Positions 1 to 13,649 of a stretch of 64,000 nt of DNA are shown here, one piece after another. The position numbers were made by a program, and so were the translations under genes. The stretch is from Eledone cirrhosa (lineage: Eukaryota): positions 90,706,001 to 90,770,000 of the forward strand of contig OZ024742.1 of assembly GCA_964016885.1 (NCBI GenBank), given 5' to 3'. The stretch's first letter is position 1; every line of letters begins with the position of its first letter. The notes under the pieces were generated by a model. It was given only the letters and a program-made list of their open reading frames with translations. It did no database searches and had not been told where the DNA came from.

Positions 1-377
1 TCTGCGATTGTATTTAGGGAAGTGGGGCGAGGGCGGACCGATAAGAGTGTATGCACAAAAGAAAAACATTGTGTAAATAAATTTTTGAAAGTAAAACGCA
101 AGTGTCATCTTTTGATAAGAAAACGAAAAAGTGATTGAGCGAGAAATGTTTTGGAGGAAGGTCTTTGGAGGCCAGATGAGGTTAAATGAATTAAATGACC
201 ATTAGTGAAAGAACTTTCATAAGCTGAAATAAAATGTTTAAAAGAGATCAAATGTATTTGTACAAAACAATAAAATGATTAGATAAATTGAATAAAGAAC
301 TCTAGTACCACGCATGCACACACACATACACATGTATAAATGAATATAACTACACAAACACATACATACATACATAC

Positions 378-713
378 ATGGTGGCTGCCAACTCGTTTTC
401 GAGTACGGCCACAATTTTATATCCATGTAGGAGAACCTCTACTGATGCGCTGGACAAGTGTGACTTTTTAGTCCAGCCAGCGACTTGAAAACTCTGGTAC
501 AAACACTACACTTATGACAATTACTGACACATAGTGCTGGGCCCATTGTACCCTGTGATGACAAGTGCAGAGAGATCTCCAGATATAAAGCAATGTCTGT
601 GCCGTGAAGCTTTTATAGTGAGCAAAGGCACTGCAAGATGATATTTACCAAAAAGAACAAGTCAACATCATTGGATACCATCAGGGTTGCAGGTGTTATA
701 TCAGAGTTTTCCT
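378..713 (-). repeat. Dispersed repeat, truncated inverted copy of the 19229-19840 element
   Basis: Reverse complement of ~19478-19840 with small indels; both copies end at the same GGTGGCTGCC boundary next to a microsatellite. Confidence 0.8.
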
Positions 714-736
714 ACATACATACATACATACATACA

Positions 737-767
<31 letters not shown>

Positions 768-2099
768 GCATATGTATATATACAATGCAATTCATCTAAC
801 ACTATCTTTTTACCACGTCCTAGATCCACAGAGTGGTTATCACATGATCATGAGTTTTATGATTTTGATATATACATATATATAAATAAATCTTATATAT
901 ACATACACACACATATATATATATATGTGTGTGTGTATAGGTAAAAGTATAGGAAAACTATACTGTCCTCAGCAGGACGGCGCATGCTTCAGTGAACAAC
1001 GACAAAAACTATGTTGCAAGTAAAATATCGGTGTGTTTACATAGAATGGCTATATATATATATATATATATATAACATATAACATTGATTCTCTTGTGTC
1101 TGTGAACTGGTTCATGTAGAACAATGTCCACAGATCAAGATACGTAGTCATAATAAGTACACATATCAGGGTGGATAATCAAATATCTATTTGACTAAAT
1201 AGACAAACAACAGCAAGTACACTTCTATAGCTATCAACGTTCACTATGGCCACGAGAAAACGGCATTTTAAACTCACAAGTATTTTTTTTAAAGCAGAAT
1301 TGAATGTATATTGTTTTGTTTACTTTGTGTTACTTTGTGTTATTAACTCTATTCAGTTTATTCGTTTGCACGCGATGCCTTTACATGTAAATATCTATCT
1401 GTATGTATGACCGTGTGTTTCTTCTGGTTTTATTTTAAAATTTCTCACCAATAGATAATGGTTCTGATTCCAACCCCGAAACATGACTCTGGACTTTTAG
1501 GTAGTAAAACATGAATGTGTGTATCTTCACTCACTTGCATGCGTACATGCATGCATATCTTTGAATTGGTGTTTTAGCTTACCGTGTAAGACAAGAAATA
1601 TGTGTAAAAAAAAACATGGTAAAATGGGGACAGTTTATATTCGAGAGCAATATTTTGTTAATTTTTAACAACTTCAAAATTCTACGTAAATGATGTACAT
1701 ACTAATATATCTTCGCTTTAGAGGTGAACATTACAACTTTTTTTTTTCGTGTCTTGAATGAATATGGCCTTGAGAATGTTCAGATATTGGTTTTTAAAAA
1801 TTCATGATGTAATGGAGTTGTGAAATATGCTAAATAACACTTAAAACATTTTAAATATCAAAATGTTGAAACTCTGCAAATATATATCTCCATTCATGAT
1901 TCTGGTTATACACTGGGTTTGGAGTTTTGTTCTATTCGCAGACATAGAATAGGAATCGACTTATATTCAAATCGACTTTTATTCGAGTACGGACGGTACG
2001 TATATTTATATTTACATGTTTGTATGCTTATGCAAATGCATGTGCACTTAATGCAGGCTAAAGTTATAAGATGTTTTACATATCTTCTCAATCCTATTA

Positions 2100-3250
2100 A
2101 ATCATTTAGATAGTAGTGTGCTCATATATTTTGTATTGTGATGCTGGGTCTCGCAGTTCTGTTGTTGATTGGTGCGTAATTATGCAACCCACTAGTCACA
2201 AATTCAAATGTAATGTTAGAGACCTAAGTGTTGTATATGCAGATTTATCGTTTTATTATATCTTTTACCATATGTTAAGGCTTGCACTGCAACTGATTTC
2301 TATTACTGTGCACATTTTCTTTTCTTCGTTCCATACGAGTATGTATAGTCGGTAATGCTTCAATTTTGCAAAGCTTTTGACTAGAACCTTCCACCAGTGT
2401 TCTTTTATAAATGGGTGTGTTGTCTGAACTTCTTTCTGCATCATGCATTGTACCAGAATATCATGCTTCGTCAATATAGCGTATTGTGGTGTGAGTTATA
2501 TATTCAGTGGTAATTTCGTTGAGCGTGCATTGCTTGTTACATATAGGAATTTTATAAGCTTTCCTATCCTCTTTGTACGTTAGACATGTTTATTTATTTA
2601 TTTATTTTTTGTTTGTTTTGTTCGTGAAATACGGAAGCATTGGTTTCAAAGCGAAAACTAATATAATTATTTCTCGTGCAAGCTACGCTAATATATCTAA
2701 GCTATATTCACTCTGACATTCTTTGTCAACATAGGCATTCTTATGTTGCAGCAAAGCAGTGAAACATCTCTGGTTGTTTTACTATGGTAACCAGTGAAGA
2801 AATACTTTGTAAAAAGCTTTTCCCCAACTCATTTGTTCTACTGGACTTAAAATATGTATACATTTCAAAGCTTCAAAAACTGTTTAAGTAAATGCTTTAT
2901 TTCTACATTCTTCTTCGTTATGGAGCTGAAAATTTCTGTTATGGGGTGAATAATTTTCGGATTTTAGTATAATGGCCCAGACCTTATCTAGCGTTCAAAT
3001 AAATGGGATAAATATTGGTATGAGTAAAGGAACTGCGAAGACATCTTGGGGCATTGAGTTATTGCATGTAGATCATAAGTTTAATGCGTATGCTACGATG
3101 TTCTTGCTACAAGTGTCTCCTAGTCTATTGGTGCAGTTATTTTGTGGTGTAGTAATATTTCTTCGAGGTATTTCATTTCAATATATCATTCTAGTTCCGT
3201 AGACAAGGAAGAGTTGTTCTTGGCATTTTATATCAATTACATAAGTCATT
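2100..3250 (-). pseudogene. Highly decayed REL-type non-LTR retrotransposon fragment
   Basis: Minus-strand peptides KHDILV..., EHWWKV...KLKHYRLYILVWNEEKKMCTVIEISCSASLN (like HNKPDIVIW...IEISCP) and DVFAVPLLIPIF; many stops and frameshifts; boundaries approximate. Confidence 0.45.
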
Positions 3251-4252
3251 ATTGAGTTCATAACTCCAAGTCAAATATAACGAATATAAATACTGTCTGT
3301 GATATTTGTTCGTACAGACAATTCACCCACGTCATCAGAAATATAGTGAACCAACGATCGGCGTAATGGAACCTGTAAACATGGAGGTATTATTCAACAA
3401 ATGCCTTATCATATGAACAAATAACATTGCTCTAATCGATCTGGTTTATTTGTGAGTTACACTAGTCAACTGAACTATTATGTGCGATACATAAACATGT
3501 ATATATTACTAATTTGTCATTTATATGCATTGTTTTATTGTATCTTTAATCGTGAATATTTATTTCTCTTGTCTTATCGTTGTATTATTTTTATCTGTAT
3601 CTAGATAGTGGTTGTAATAATGTAGTATTCATGCCTGCCCTTTTCTGGTAATGTGTTGTTACTCCATTTATATTTGTTTAAGGGAGAAGGTTTGTTCTGC
3701 TTCTGCTTCCTATAGTGTCTCCTTGACATGCTTAAATGTCGTATCGATTGCAAAGGACATTTTATGTCAATGCTGTTTGTCAATCCGCCGTTTACGTTTA
3801 TATCTGTGGCTCGGTGGCCTCTTTTCATTATACACACACCAGTTTTCTTTGATTTTTTTTCGTTATACGATCAAGCAGTTTCTCCTGCAAACGTTTTAGG
3901 GGGATGTTCTTACATTTTTCATCTAGGCACCTCATGCGGTATCGAGTGGTCAGTGAAAATGTCAAATGAAAATGGCGAAAGATTGCGATAACCAATCAAA
4001 TTATTTATTTATCTTATAATTAATAAATATTAAATTTGTACTACAATCAACGACTAGACTCTTATACGTACAAAGCACGCATATATATATATGTGTGTGT
4101 ATACATATATAAAATGCACGATTTGTTATATCTCCATTACGTTGTTTTGAGACGCGTTTCGCTGTTGATCAGCTCAAGGTTCGATCCGTATCGATCTACC
4201 CCAACTCTGGAATCAAAAGCTCGTCGGACCTCTGTTGTGGTGACGTTACAAT

Positions 4253-4289
<37 letters not shown>

Positions 4290-4542
4290 CAGAGAAAGAT
4301 GGACTGACAAAATGACTTTCCTTTCTGAAGGAAAACGTATGTGAAAATTAACTTTTCTTCCCCTCTTTATATTTTCTTTTTTTTTTTGTTATTATCATTA
4401 TCTTCACTATTTGTACAAATATGCAACTCAACAATGTTCTGCATGCATATCCACAATTAATAATGCATTTAATGCTGAAACCGGTATATCTCTTCAACAT
4501 TTTCTACAGAAAAAAATCTTTCTCCTTTCTACTATTTGTATG

Positions 4543-4574
<32 letters not shown>

Positions 4575-4975
4575 TATATATATATATATACATAAAACAT
4601 TTATTTGTTTGTATGTTTAAACAAGTATTAATTTAGAAACAGAAAGATGTGGCGATTTAATCAGCTCATATCTATACAATAAAAATAAATATCATACTAA
4701 CTTCAAAACATTGAATAAGATAACATTCTTTATCTAGAATACTGGAGACCTCTTAATGATAGAGGATTAACAGTAAACTTCCTTTAACATTGTGAGATAT
4801 ATGCATATATATATATAAAATGACATTTTAACTTTGATATATCCGGCAATAATTTGCTTATTTTATAATCTGAAAGTGGTTACAGGTCTTCAGATTTTCA
4901 TTACACTTGTAATGTATAAAAGCTACTTGAAAGATATGGAAAGTGAAAAAGAGATTGTGTATGTGTGTGCGTGTT

Positions 4976-5026
<51 letters not shown>

Positions 5027-5140
5027 ATATATACATTATATATATAAACATACATACATTATATATATATATATAAATACATACATTATATATATATATA
5101 TATAAACATACATACATTATATATATATATAAATACATAC

Positions 5141-5194
<54 letters not shown>

Positions 5195-5224
5195 CATACA
5201 TTATATATATATATATATATATAC

Positions 5225-5421
5225 GTTATTCCGGGTTGAATCGGAGGTAACCACAGTAAGTAAGGTACTCAATACATAGCAGAGTATAAAAGTTTTAATA
5301 TAGATGAGATTCTACAGGACTAGAACTGTTTCATTCATTAGAAATCATCAGGAATCTCCTGATGATTCCTGGTGATTTCTAATGAATGAAACAGTTCTAG
5401 TCCTGTAGAATCTCATATATA
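5225..5421 (-). mobile_element. Penelope-like terminal fragment with fold-back palindrome (5299-5421)
   Basis: Inverted repeat arms of ~55 bp between (TA)n tracts; contains a hammerhead motif. Confidence 0.65.
5306..5358 (-). ncRNA. Minimal type I hammerhead ribozyme
   Basis: Minus strand GAGATTC-CTGATGA-TTTC TAAT GAAT-GAAA-CAG TTCTAGTC CTG-TA-GAATCTC: stems I, II and III pair, core intact, GUA site. Confidence 0.75.
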
Positions 5422-6780
5422 TATATATATATATATATAAACATACATACATTATATATATATATATAAATACATACATGATATATATATATATATATAT
5501 ATATAAACTAAATTTTATATATGCTCTGATATTGTAAAACTAATGTGACTGGAAATTAACTGATTGGATTAAATTCCGAATTGTCTTTTACCTATCTTAC
5601 TGTTGACTATATAATCACATTTGAGCTGTGAATTATTCTTTGGCTTATATGGATCTAAACTACATTATATAAATATATATATAATTATTATGTATATATG
5701 TAGGTAGTAGCTAAGTATTTATATGCACACAGACATATGTGTTTATGTGTGTGGAGTATTAGTAGCGAGATCACACACCGTGCATTCAATATGTTAATAC
5801 TTTTACTTCGTGTTTTTCCACGATCACCTATCTATCAAGCAATTGTCTGAAAGTGATACACCTGAAAAGCTCTTGACAGTAATTTTATTTTATCTGGGTG
5901 GGCGTGGTATCTAGCAAGACTCTAGTGTCTAGGCTGTATCTATAATGTAGACTATCTATGTTTATTAATTATTTTCCGTTTTTTTTTTTTGTATAGCTAT
6001 TTGTTTGGTTTCTTAAGTTGTTTAATTCTCCTTTTAAATACTTATAGTTTGTTGATTTTATGTTCTTATTTTCTTATATTCCTTTGATCTATTCGTTTCT
6101 TTTTATCTTAAAGAGAAAGTTGATAAATCTTTGCTGGTTTATGTGGGTGTTAAAATGTGTCATGGTAGATAAATGAGAGAAAATAAATTATATTGTTTTA
6201 TAGTTTATGGACAAGACCACCAATATTCTAATTGAGTTGTAGTCGTTTAAATCAATCTGTGTTATCAACTCACGGTTGAAAAACAACACCCTCTATGTAC
6301 AGAAAAAAAAAATCAATTTGTTAACTACCGAACCTTAATGATTACTTATGAAGCACAATGACAGAAATTTAATGGGTGGGATCATTAAACGTAAACACTT
6401 GAATGTTACTTCATTCAATCGACCGCAAATTGACAAAATATAAAGTTGGTTTCGGTGAGATTTTTAACTCATGGCGAGAACACGATTCTGCTAATTTATA
6501 CCCAATGACGAATATCATTTTACTTTTTATCACATCATATAATTAATTTCTAATTAGATTTATAATGCGCCTTTTAGTAAATTCAGTAACACGTAGCTTA
6601 TTCCTGGAATGTTTATACGTTGAACCAAGGATTATTACCCTTTCGGGGGGCCAGTGGCGTATTCAAGTTTTGAAGAACAGGTGGGTTCATATCTGCTGAT
6701 AAAATTAATAATCTTTTAATTTTAGTAATTCATAGGCAATGCAACTTAATACTCATAAGACTTAAACCGTTATATATATA

Positions 6781-6975
6781 TAGGAACAAGTATGGCCCCG
6801 ACGGCAGAGCTCAAGCCGTTTCGACAGCTATTTCAGTCCAGAAATAGCCGTCGAAACGGCTTGAGCTCTGCCGTCGGGGTCATACTTGTTCCTATTACAC
6901 ATTCTACTACCCTAAGTATTGAGTACTTTGATTCGTTATGGTCCATCTGGTTCCTTACCACAATTCCTTCGTTAT
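6781..6975 (+). repeat. Fold-back cassette (palindrome 6781-6894) plus tail; same family as 24551-24770
   Basis: Arms TAGGAACAAGTATGGCCCCGACGGCAGAGCTCAAGCCGTTTCGAC... and its reverse complement; includes a hammerhead 3' half GAAA-CGGC..GCCG-TC. Confidence 0.75.
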
Positions 6976-7146
6976 ATATATATATATCTGTGTGTGTGCG
7001 CGCGTGCGGGTGTGTATATAAGGTTTACTGAACACTCAAGCCGAAACCACTTGGCGCTGTGGTCGGGATTTTACATATCTCTATACCCACTCTACATCTC
7101 CCCATGCATCGAGTACTCACGTGATTAGTGGTCTCCACTGTATGTT

Positions 7147-7184
<38 letters not shown>

Positions 7185-7720
7185 AGCAAAATTAGAATGT
7201 TTTTTTTGTTTGTTTTTTGGGGTTCCAATATAGCGGATGTGTAAATGCATTCGTGTGTTTTATATCGAATTATATTAATATTCGAATCATTGGCTAGCAA
7301 ACAGCATCATTACGCTATATTTTTTAGATGACCATCACCATCCTTTTGTTCTAGCGGTGACAGGGAGAAACAATCGACAATAATATTTTTTCTGGGTTAT
7401 TGCCTTTTGTCAAGATTCTGTATCTCTCTCCTATCATTCGCTAGAACTCTTGAGAATATATAGTATTCGGTAAATTATACATCGGCTATTTATAAAGTAT
7501 ATCTAGTCTATGAATAAACCTTTTGAAAGCCATCAGCGATGGATTTTAAAACTGATGACGTAGCGCCATCTAGCGTGTTCCAGGCAAACGCAAAGTGAGT
7601 AACTGACGATGAGGAAGATCGTTTTTGACTCTGGCGTTATCAAGACAGTGCTCCTTTACCCTGCTCCCTGCTGGAACTCAGTATAGGCGGACTTATATAG
7701 TTTTGACACCTATGTACATA

Positions 7721-9150
7721 CAGGGTGCGGACGATATTTTCGCAAGATTACTGTCTATGAAAAAAGTAACACAGTAGTTTTATTTTTTAAGATATATTTA
7801 TCAAACTTGGGTCAGTTTGTCTTCATGACTTGTTCTTTCGATCTCGCTCGATAAACCCGCCATTGGCCTTGATGGCGGCCTCAAGGTGGCCTCAGAACCG
7901 GCTATAGGCCTTCGTCACTGTTCCCTGACTTAGGCCCCTAAAGGCAATTGTGATCCTGGCCTTCAGATCGTCTTTCGTATTGCAGCTAGATCTGTTGGTG
8001 TCTCGTTCCACTGCGCCCTACACAAAGAAGTCGAAGGGGTTGCAGTCAGGCGAGCTGGGAGGCCAGATGTCAGGTGAAGTGTGGTCGACGAAGTTCTCTG
8101 ACAGCCAGACTTGAGTCTTTCGGCTGGTATGGCAGGGCGCTGAGTCTTGCTGTCACACGTACGGCCTACCTGCAGCTACCTGGTCCATCCAGGGCTTTAC
8201 TACCTCGCTCAGAACGCGGATGTAGCCATCGGTGTTTAGCTTGACGCCCTCAGGGAAGAAGTGAGGTGGCATGACGTCACCTTGACTGCTGCCGACACCT
8301 AAGACCAATGTTGTCGCTGGAAACTTTGTCTGCATGACTCTGGGCACGTCTTTGGATGAGACAGCGAGCCACCTGTTGTTCTGGGAGTTGATCTTCTGGT
8401 CTTGGCAGAAGTTTTTCTCGTCGGAGAAAAACCACAGCATGTCTGGCTCCAGTGGGTGTTTCAACTTGTTGATCAGCTTCTTTGACAGAAATTGTCCTTT
8501 CCTCATCTTGTATGAAACGTAGCGAATGTCTTCATGTACCACCAGCCTAATGAGCTTTTCATTCACGCTTTTCTCCCTTGCAATGGCACGCATCGACTTG
8601 CTAGGTTCATTCTTGATGATATCCTGAACTTCAGCGACGAACTCGGGCGTTCTGAAGGCGTCAGATCGTCGATCATGTGTTTTCCTCTCTGATGTTGCTT
8701 CGTAGTCGAATCCTGAATCTTCCAATTCCTTTCTGACCTTTTCCACCATTCTCCTGCTGACGCTAAGAAAGTCTGACATTTCCTTATTTGTCCTCCCGGC
8801 GCGGATTCCAAGAAGAACTCCGTGTCTCTTCCACAAATTTGGAGATTCAAAATTATTCATAATCAATTATTCTGAAAATAAATAATGGAAATATAGTCCT
8901 TGCCATTCTGAGTTTCAGTATAGTTATGAAGACAAGAGTGACAACGGAAGCAAAATTGAAAGAATTTATCGACGGACGATTTCAAGTGAAAGGGTTCTAC
9001 CAAGAGCATTGAACTTTCCCTCATCATAACGCCGAAATAATGTATCCCGCCTACGTAAATTTTTTTCTACTTTCTATTTACTGATTTACATCAGCACTCG
9101 CTTTTACCGGATTCTCATAAATTTACACAATTTTTCATGTCGACCCTAAT
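7721..9150 (-). mobile_element. Tc1/mariner DD37D (maT-type) transposon relic
   Basis: ORF 8153-8866 with HTH-like N-terminus and WFFSDEKNF. Read through stops it continues *QQDSAPCH...WPPSSPDCNPFDFFV*...GGFIE, with 37 residues between the 2nd and 3rd Asp. TA|CAGGGTG end at 7719-7727; other terminus degenerate and approximate. Confidence 0.85.
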
Positions 9151-9233
9151 TGTGCTGTTATCTGATATTTAGTTAGCCATTGAATTTGTTTAAAGATTGT
9201 TTAAATACTAATATATTTGTTTCTCTGTTATAG

Positions 9234-9409
9234 GAATGGCGACAGATATCGATGATACCTGGGACATATCGAATTTTAAAGAACACGATTTTGAGGAGTT
9301 TTGTGTCTGTATTGTTCACGATAGACAGTTTGAAGAAGAACATCCAAACAGAGCGCAAGCATCCTTACCAAGAAACCTAACGTTAAAAGAATCCTACGCA
9401 ATGCCAGAG
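9234..9409 (+). CDS. PRDM1: Exon of PRDM1/Blimp-1-like gene (N-terminus and start of PR/SET domain)
   Basis: Pyrimidine tract + AG acceptor (9232-9233), ATG at 9236, GT donor at 9410 (phase 0). Translation MATDIDDTWDISNFKEHDFEEFCVCIVHD...RAQASLPRNLTLK resembles the Blimp-1 motifs EFEEKCTYIVND...QAEASLPRNL. Confidence 0.88.
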
Positions 9410-9964
9410 GTACATATATAGAATCTGACTATATTGTATTTTAATATGAATGTTTGCATTGTTAAGGCAAAACGGTTGAGTGGGTAGTGTCTTTGTTTAC
9501 CTTCCAACCATTAATGTTATGATTTTAAATTCTTTGCATAGATTTCGTTGCGTTCCCGAGTCAAAAGCTTTATTCTACCAGTTTCAGATCATCTTGTATA
9601 ATTCGGTTTGTATAACCTATGTGATAATTCGGTTTGCATTATTACCAGAAAAATAGGAACTCTCGTCTCTTCCTATCATCAAGCCAAGCACCATAGCCTT
9701 AACATATATTTGGGGGCTTATGAGCTTATTATATTATACCTATATGATTTCATTTCTGTTTTATCTGTCTCACATAATTTCTTTCGGTCATTTGGGGCCT
9801 TCTTTATTTATAAATCATTACGCACGAAATGTTGCTCTCCTTCCATTTCGTATGTACTCTATTTATTTTCAGTCATACATGCTGATTATTACTAGGGACC
9901 AATGATCAAGAATGGCAGACCCAATACTACGCTTATTCTCGACGTTGCCAGCACACTATCATTA

Positions 9965-10147
9965 TGAATTGGCAGTACCAGTAGAGGGTCGGACGCCATG
10001 CTTTGACGCATAGAGTTACGGTCCTTGCCATTCTGAGTTCAAATCCCGCCGAGGTTAACTTTGCCTTTCATCCTTTCGGGGTCGATAAAATAAAGTACCA
10101 GTAATACACTGGGTTAATTGCTGGCCTTGTGCCAAAAGTAGAAACAA
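9965..10147 (+). mobile_element. tRNA-derived SINE (family A)
   Basis: A-box-like TGGCAGTACCAG, B box GAGTTCAAATCCC, conserved body CCGAGGTTAACTTTGCCTTTCATCC...GGGTCGATAAAATAAAGTACCAG; many copies in window. Confidence 0.85.
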
Positions 10148-11704
10148 TTATGAAGAGCATTAGAATTAAAGTTAATAAACAAATATTTACTAGAATTATT
10201 ACCTTCAAATTATGAAACATCAATTTCATGTTCAAATCCATGCCGTGTTCTAGCACGTCCCTCGTGGTCTCAGTCCGCAGGAATATAGAAGAAAAACGTA
10301 TAATGTATTGACGGTATTTACAGCTAAGTAGACTGCATCCGTTGAAAATTAATTGATTTATATGTGGAGAATAACGGAATGCATAACAGCATAGTTCTGA
10401 TAGAAAAAGTGTAGTCAACCGAATAAACCAGAGCCTATTACTAGCATTTATTTGTATACTTTAAATCTAATTTTGTCGAAACTTATGTTTGCTTTGCACT
10501 CACTCATTCGTTGAATAAAGTAGCAGTAATTTGTTAGGTTTCATTCAATCCGTTAAACGTCTATATTATAAACCTAATATTTAGTCATATTAGATTTTTA
10601 AATTATTGCATTTTACATTGTCACCAAGCTTGAATATTTTAGCATGAAACAAACGAAACCATTATGCGTTCCCACTTTATTTTATGAGCATGTCAAGTAA
10701 AATAAAATGGTTTGTATTCAAGAATCGAAAGCGGACCGTGGACATTGATAGCCGGTGGTTTATGTTTCTTAGTAAAAATATAATGACAAAATCAATAACG
10801 AATCGGTATATTAGCAAGAGCTGTTTCGGGATTACAATAGTCTTGTAATATGTTAACAGGAAAGAGAGTGTAATGCCCCGATAGGTTGGATTTAGAATTT
10901 TTTTTTAATTGCATCAGCAATAACATCGACAAAAATACGAATAGTATAAATAACAAAATAATACAAATAATAGATAAAGGGAGCTGTGAGTAGCAGTACG
11001 AGTGTAGTATGTCTTGTGCCTTCTAGCGATGTGCAATATGAAGCGATCGATCTCAAAATATAATGTATCCAATTTACCTACACAGCAGACACGTAATCAA
11101 GGATTATTTTAGGAAAAGCAATCTGCTTCTGGATGTTTTGCGAAAGAAGACGAAAGGAAGAATAGGAAAACATGGGCTTGAAGTATAAGGGAAACAGTAG
11201 GGAAGAAAACTGAGGTAGACGGGAAAAAATGAATGATGATGTAAGGTATAAGGAAAGAAATGAAGATGATATAGAAAATATAAACAAAGGATCATACGAA
11301 AAAGAATTATAATGATGATATAGTGAACATGTTGGTGAAGTAGGTGAAACGTAAGGGTGTGATGTTGATGAGGGAAATATAAGGGAAGGAGGAATTGAAG
11401 AGAAAGAAGGTGGTATTCATAGGTGATTGTGTTTAACGTGGAGGTAGTAGTAGTAGCGTTGGATCATTGTTGTACTGGTAGGTGTTGTAGTGTCTTTGAA
11501 AGTAGTGATAATTTTGCTGTCGGCAATCAGTGATACTGCTGGAGGTATGACATAATGGTGGCGTAGATATTGTATTAGATAACCAGCTAAATTATCTTTA
11601 AGTTCAATTCTACTTTAAGTATTGTCTATGCAGGGTTTTCCGCGACTGAAGTGACAATTCAACCAGGCTTCAGTGGGGGTGATGACGGTGATGTTTGGAC
11701 ACCT

Positions 11705-11783
<79 letters not shown>

Positions 11784-12254
11784 AAGTTGACGTGGAAATC
11801 CTCGTTCTGGTGCTCTAGCAGGAGGTTAGTCCATCGGGTGTGAGAGATCCTTGGTACTTGTTAGGGCATCAATCTAGTAATTGGAAAACTCTGATCTAAA
11901 ACCTCCGACTCGATGGCAGGCAATGATTTTGAACTCTTTTGGATGCCTGTCACCGTGCAAAGTGTGTGATTGCACTAGGGCAAGACAATATCTCTTAAAA
12001 TAGTTTCAAGTACAGGCATCACTTGATCTAAAAACCTTTCACGTGTATTACATGAACATGGCTAGCCGTAGCCGAAATAGGTTTTATATTTTCTTTCGCT
12101 GCAGCAAATGCAGAAAGGAATGTAAATGTTTGTTAGGTCTAAGAAGACATGTTAGTGTCACACCTGCGTAAGAAAAGTATCATGTTATTTTTATTCTCAG
12201 AATCGAGATGCATCCATCATGTATGTATGAATATATGTATTTTTCTCAGAATAT

Positions 12255-12510
12255 AACTAGGCATGTGATTAAGGTATTCGGCTCACAATCGTATGACTAT
12301 GAGTTCGATTCTCGGGGGCACATGGCTTCCTTTAGCCAGATACTTTATTTCACGTTACTCCAGTTCACTCAGCTGGCAAAAATGAGTTGCATCTGTAACT
12401 CGAAGTGCCAGCCGTGTTACATTCTGTATCTCCCTGAAAATTACGTTTAGGGTGCGCGTGCCTATGGAATGCTCAACTATGTGTGCGTTAATTTCATGAG
12501 TAGGTTGTTC
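12255..12510 (+). mobile_element. tRNA-derived SINE (family B, diverged)
   Basis: GAGTTCGATTCTC B-box-like; ACTTTATTTCACGTT shared with 50657-50870. Confidence 0.55.
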
Positions 12511-13649
12511 TAGGAACGTCTGTTCCTCATCCCACCAAATCCACTATTATTAAAGTTAAGCACTGGTTTTATGACATTCAACCACGCCCATCCACCCTCC
12601 TTGTATTAGTGGTGATAGTTGTAAAAGTCATCGTTGTTGCGTGTGTTTTGGCGGGAAAGCTGTTTAACTGAAGTAGTATATAGTAATGGTAGCGGTGTTG
12701 AGAGAGGTCAGAGGTCGCGTTAGTGGTGGAAATGGCAGCTGTCCAGCTTCTTCTTTACCTCCCGGGGATGAGATACAACTGTAACAAAAATTTGGTCTGG
12801 CAGTATTTTGGAAAAATCTTTAAAATAACATCGTCATATACTGATTTCAATGAAAGCGGTGTGAAAAAATATGAGGTTTATTCAACGAGATAACAAGAGA
12901 TAATAAAAATGATTCTAGGGGGGGGGGGGGTCTTTTATGATAACGAAGATGTTGGTGCTGGAGGCGGAGTTGCTGGAGGTGATTGCAGTAATAAGTATGA
13001 ACAAAAAACAGTATGAACAAAAAGGAAGTATTATGTGAAAAATATTATAAAAATATCCCAAATCGAAGACAAAAGATATTTTGCTACTCTCACAATATAA
13101 AGCAATAGTGCTGTGGCAGTAACAGCAATAGTTGTGCAGCTAGATGGGGAGGGATAGTAAAAGTAAATAACAAGTTTAACAGCAGCTAAACGGTTTCTAC
13201 AAAAGCTGTAAGAAAACAAAAGCCAGTTAACTGTCACCAATGCCAATAACACCATGTATCCCCCTCCTACACATTTCCCTTTATATGTATATACACACAC
13301 AAACACACACGCATATATATATATATATATATATATATTCTAGTAATATGAAAATATCAACAGCAATGTATATCCATAAATCAATTTGCATATATTGAAT
13401 TTCATATTGAAATTACCGTGTATATATATATATATGTGTGTGTGCCAATAATAACATCATGTCTCTACCTCCTACCCCTTTCCCTTTATAAATATACACA
13501 CAAACACGTATGTATGGATATGTGGGTGGGGGTGTCTACTTTTTCATGCTTCAAGTAATTAAATAACGACCCTAATGTATATTTCAGATGTTTTAGACAA
13601 AGTTAATTAAGTTTAACACGTCATCATCAAATATGAATTAATTTAGTAT

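Noticed and set aside
3295-3350. Hammerhead-like CTGATGA..GAAC on the minus strand
   Set aside because: GAAA is broken and stems I and III do not pair convincingly.
7539-7600. ATG...GTGAGT as a candidate upstream PRDM1 coding exon
   Set aside because: It would be 56 nt (phase 2), whereas the 9234 exon needs phase 1; no homology support.
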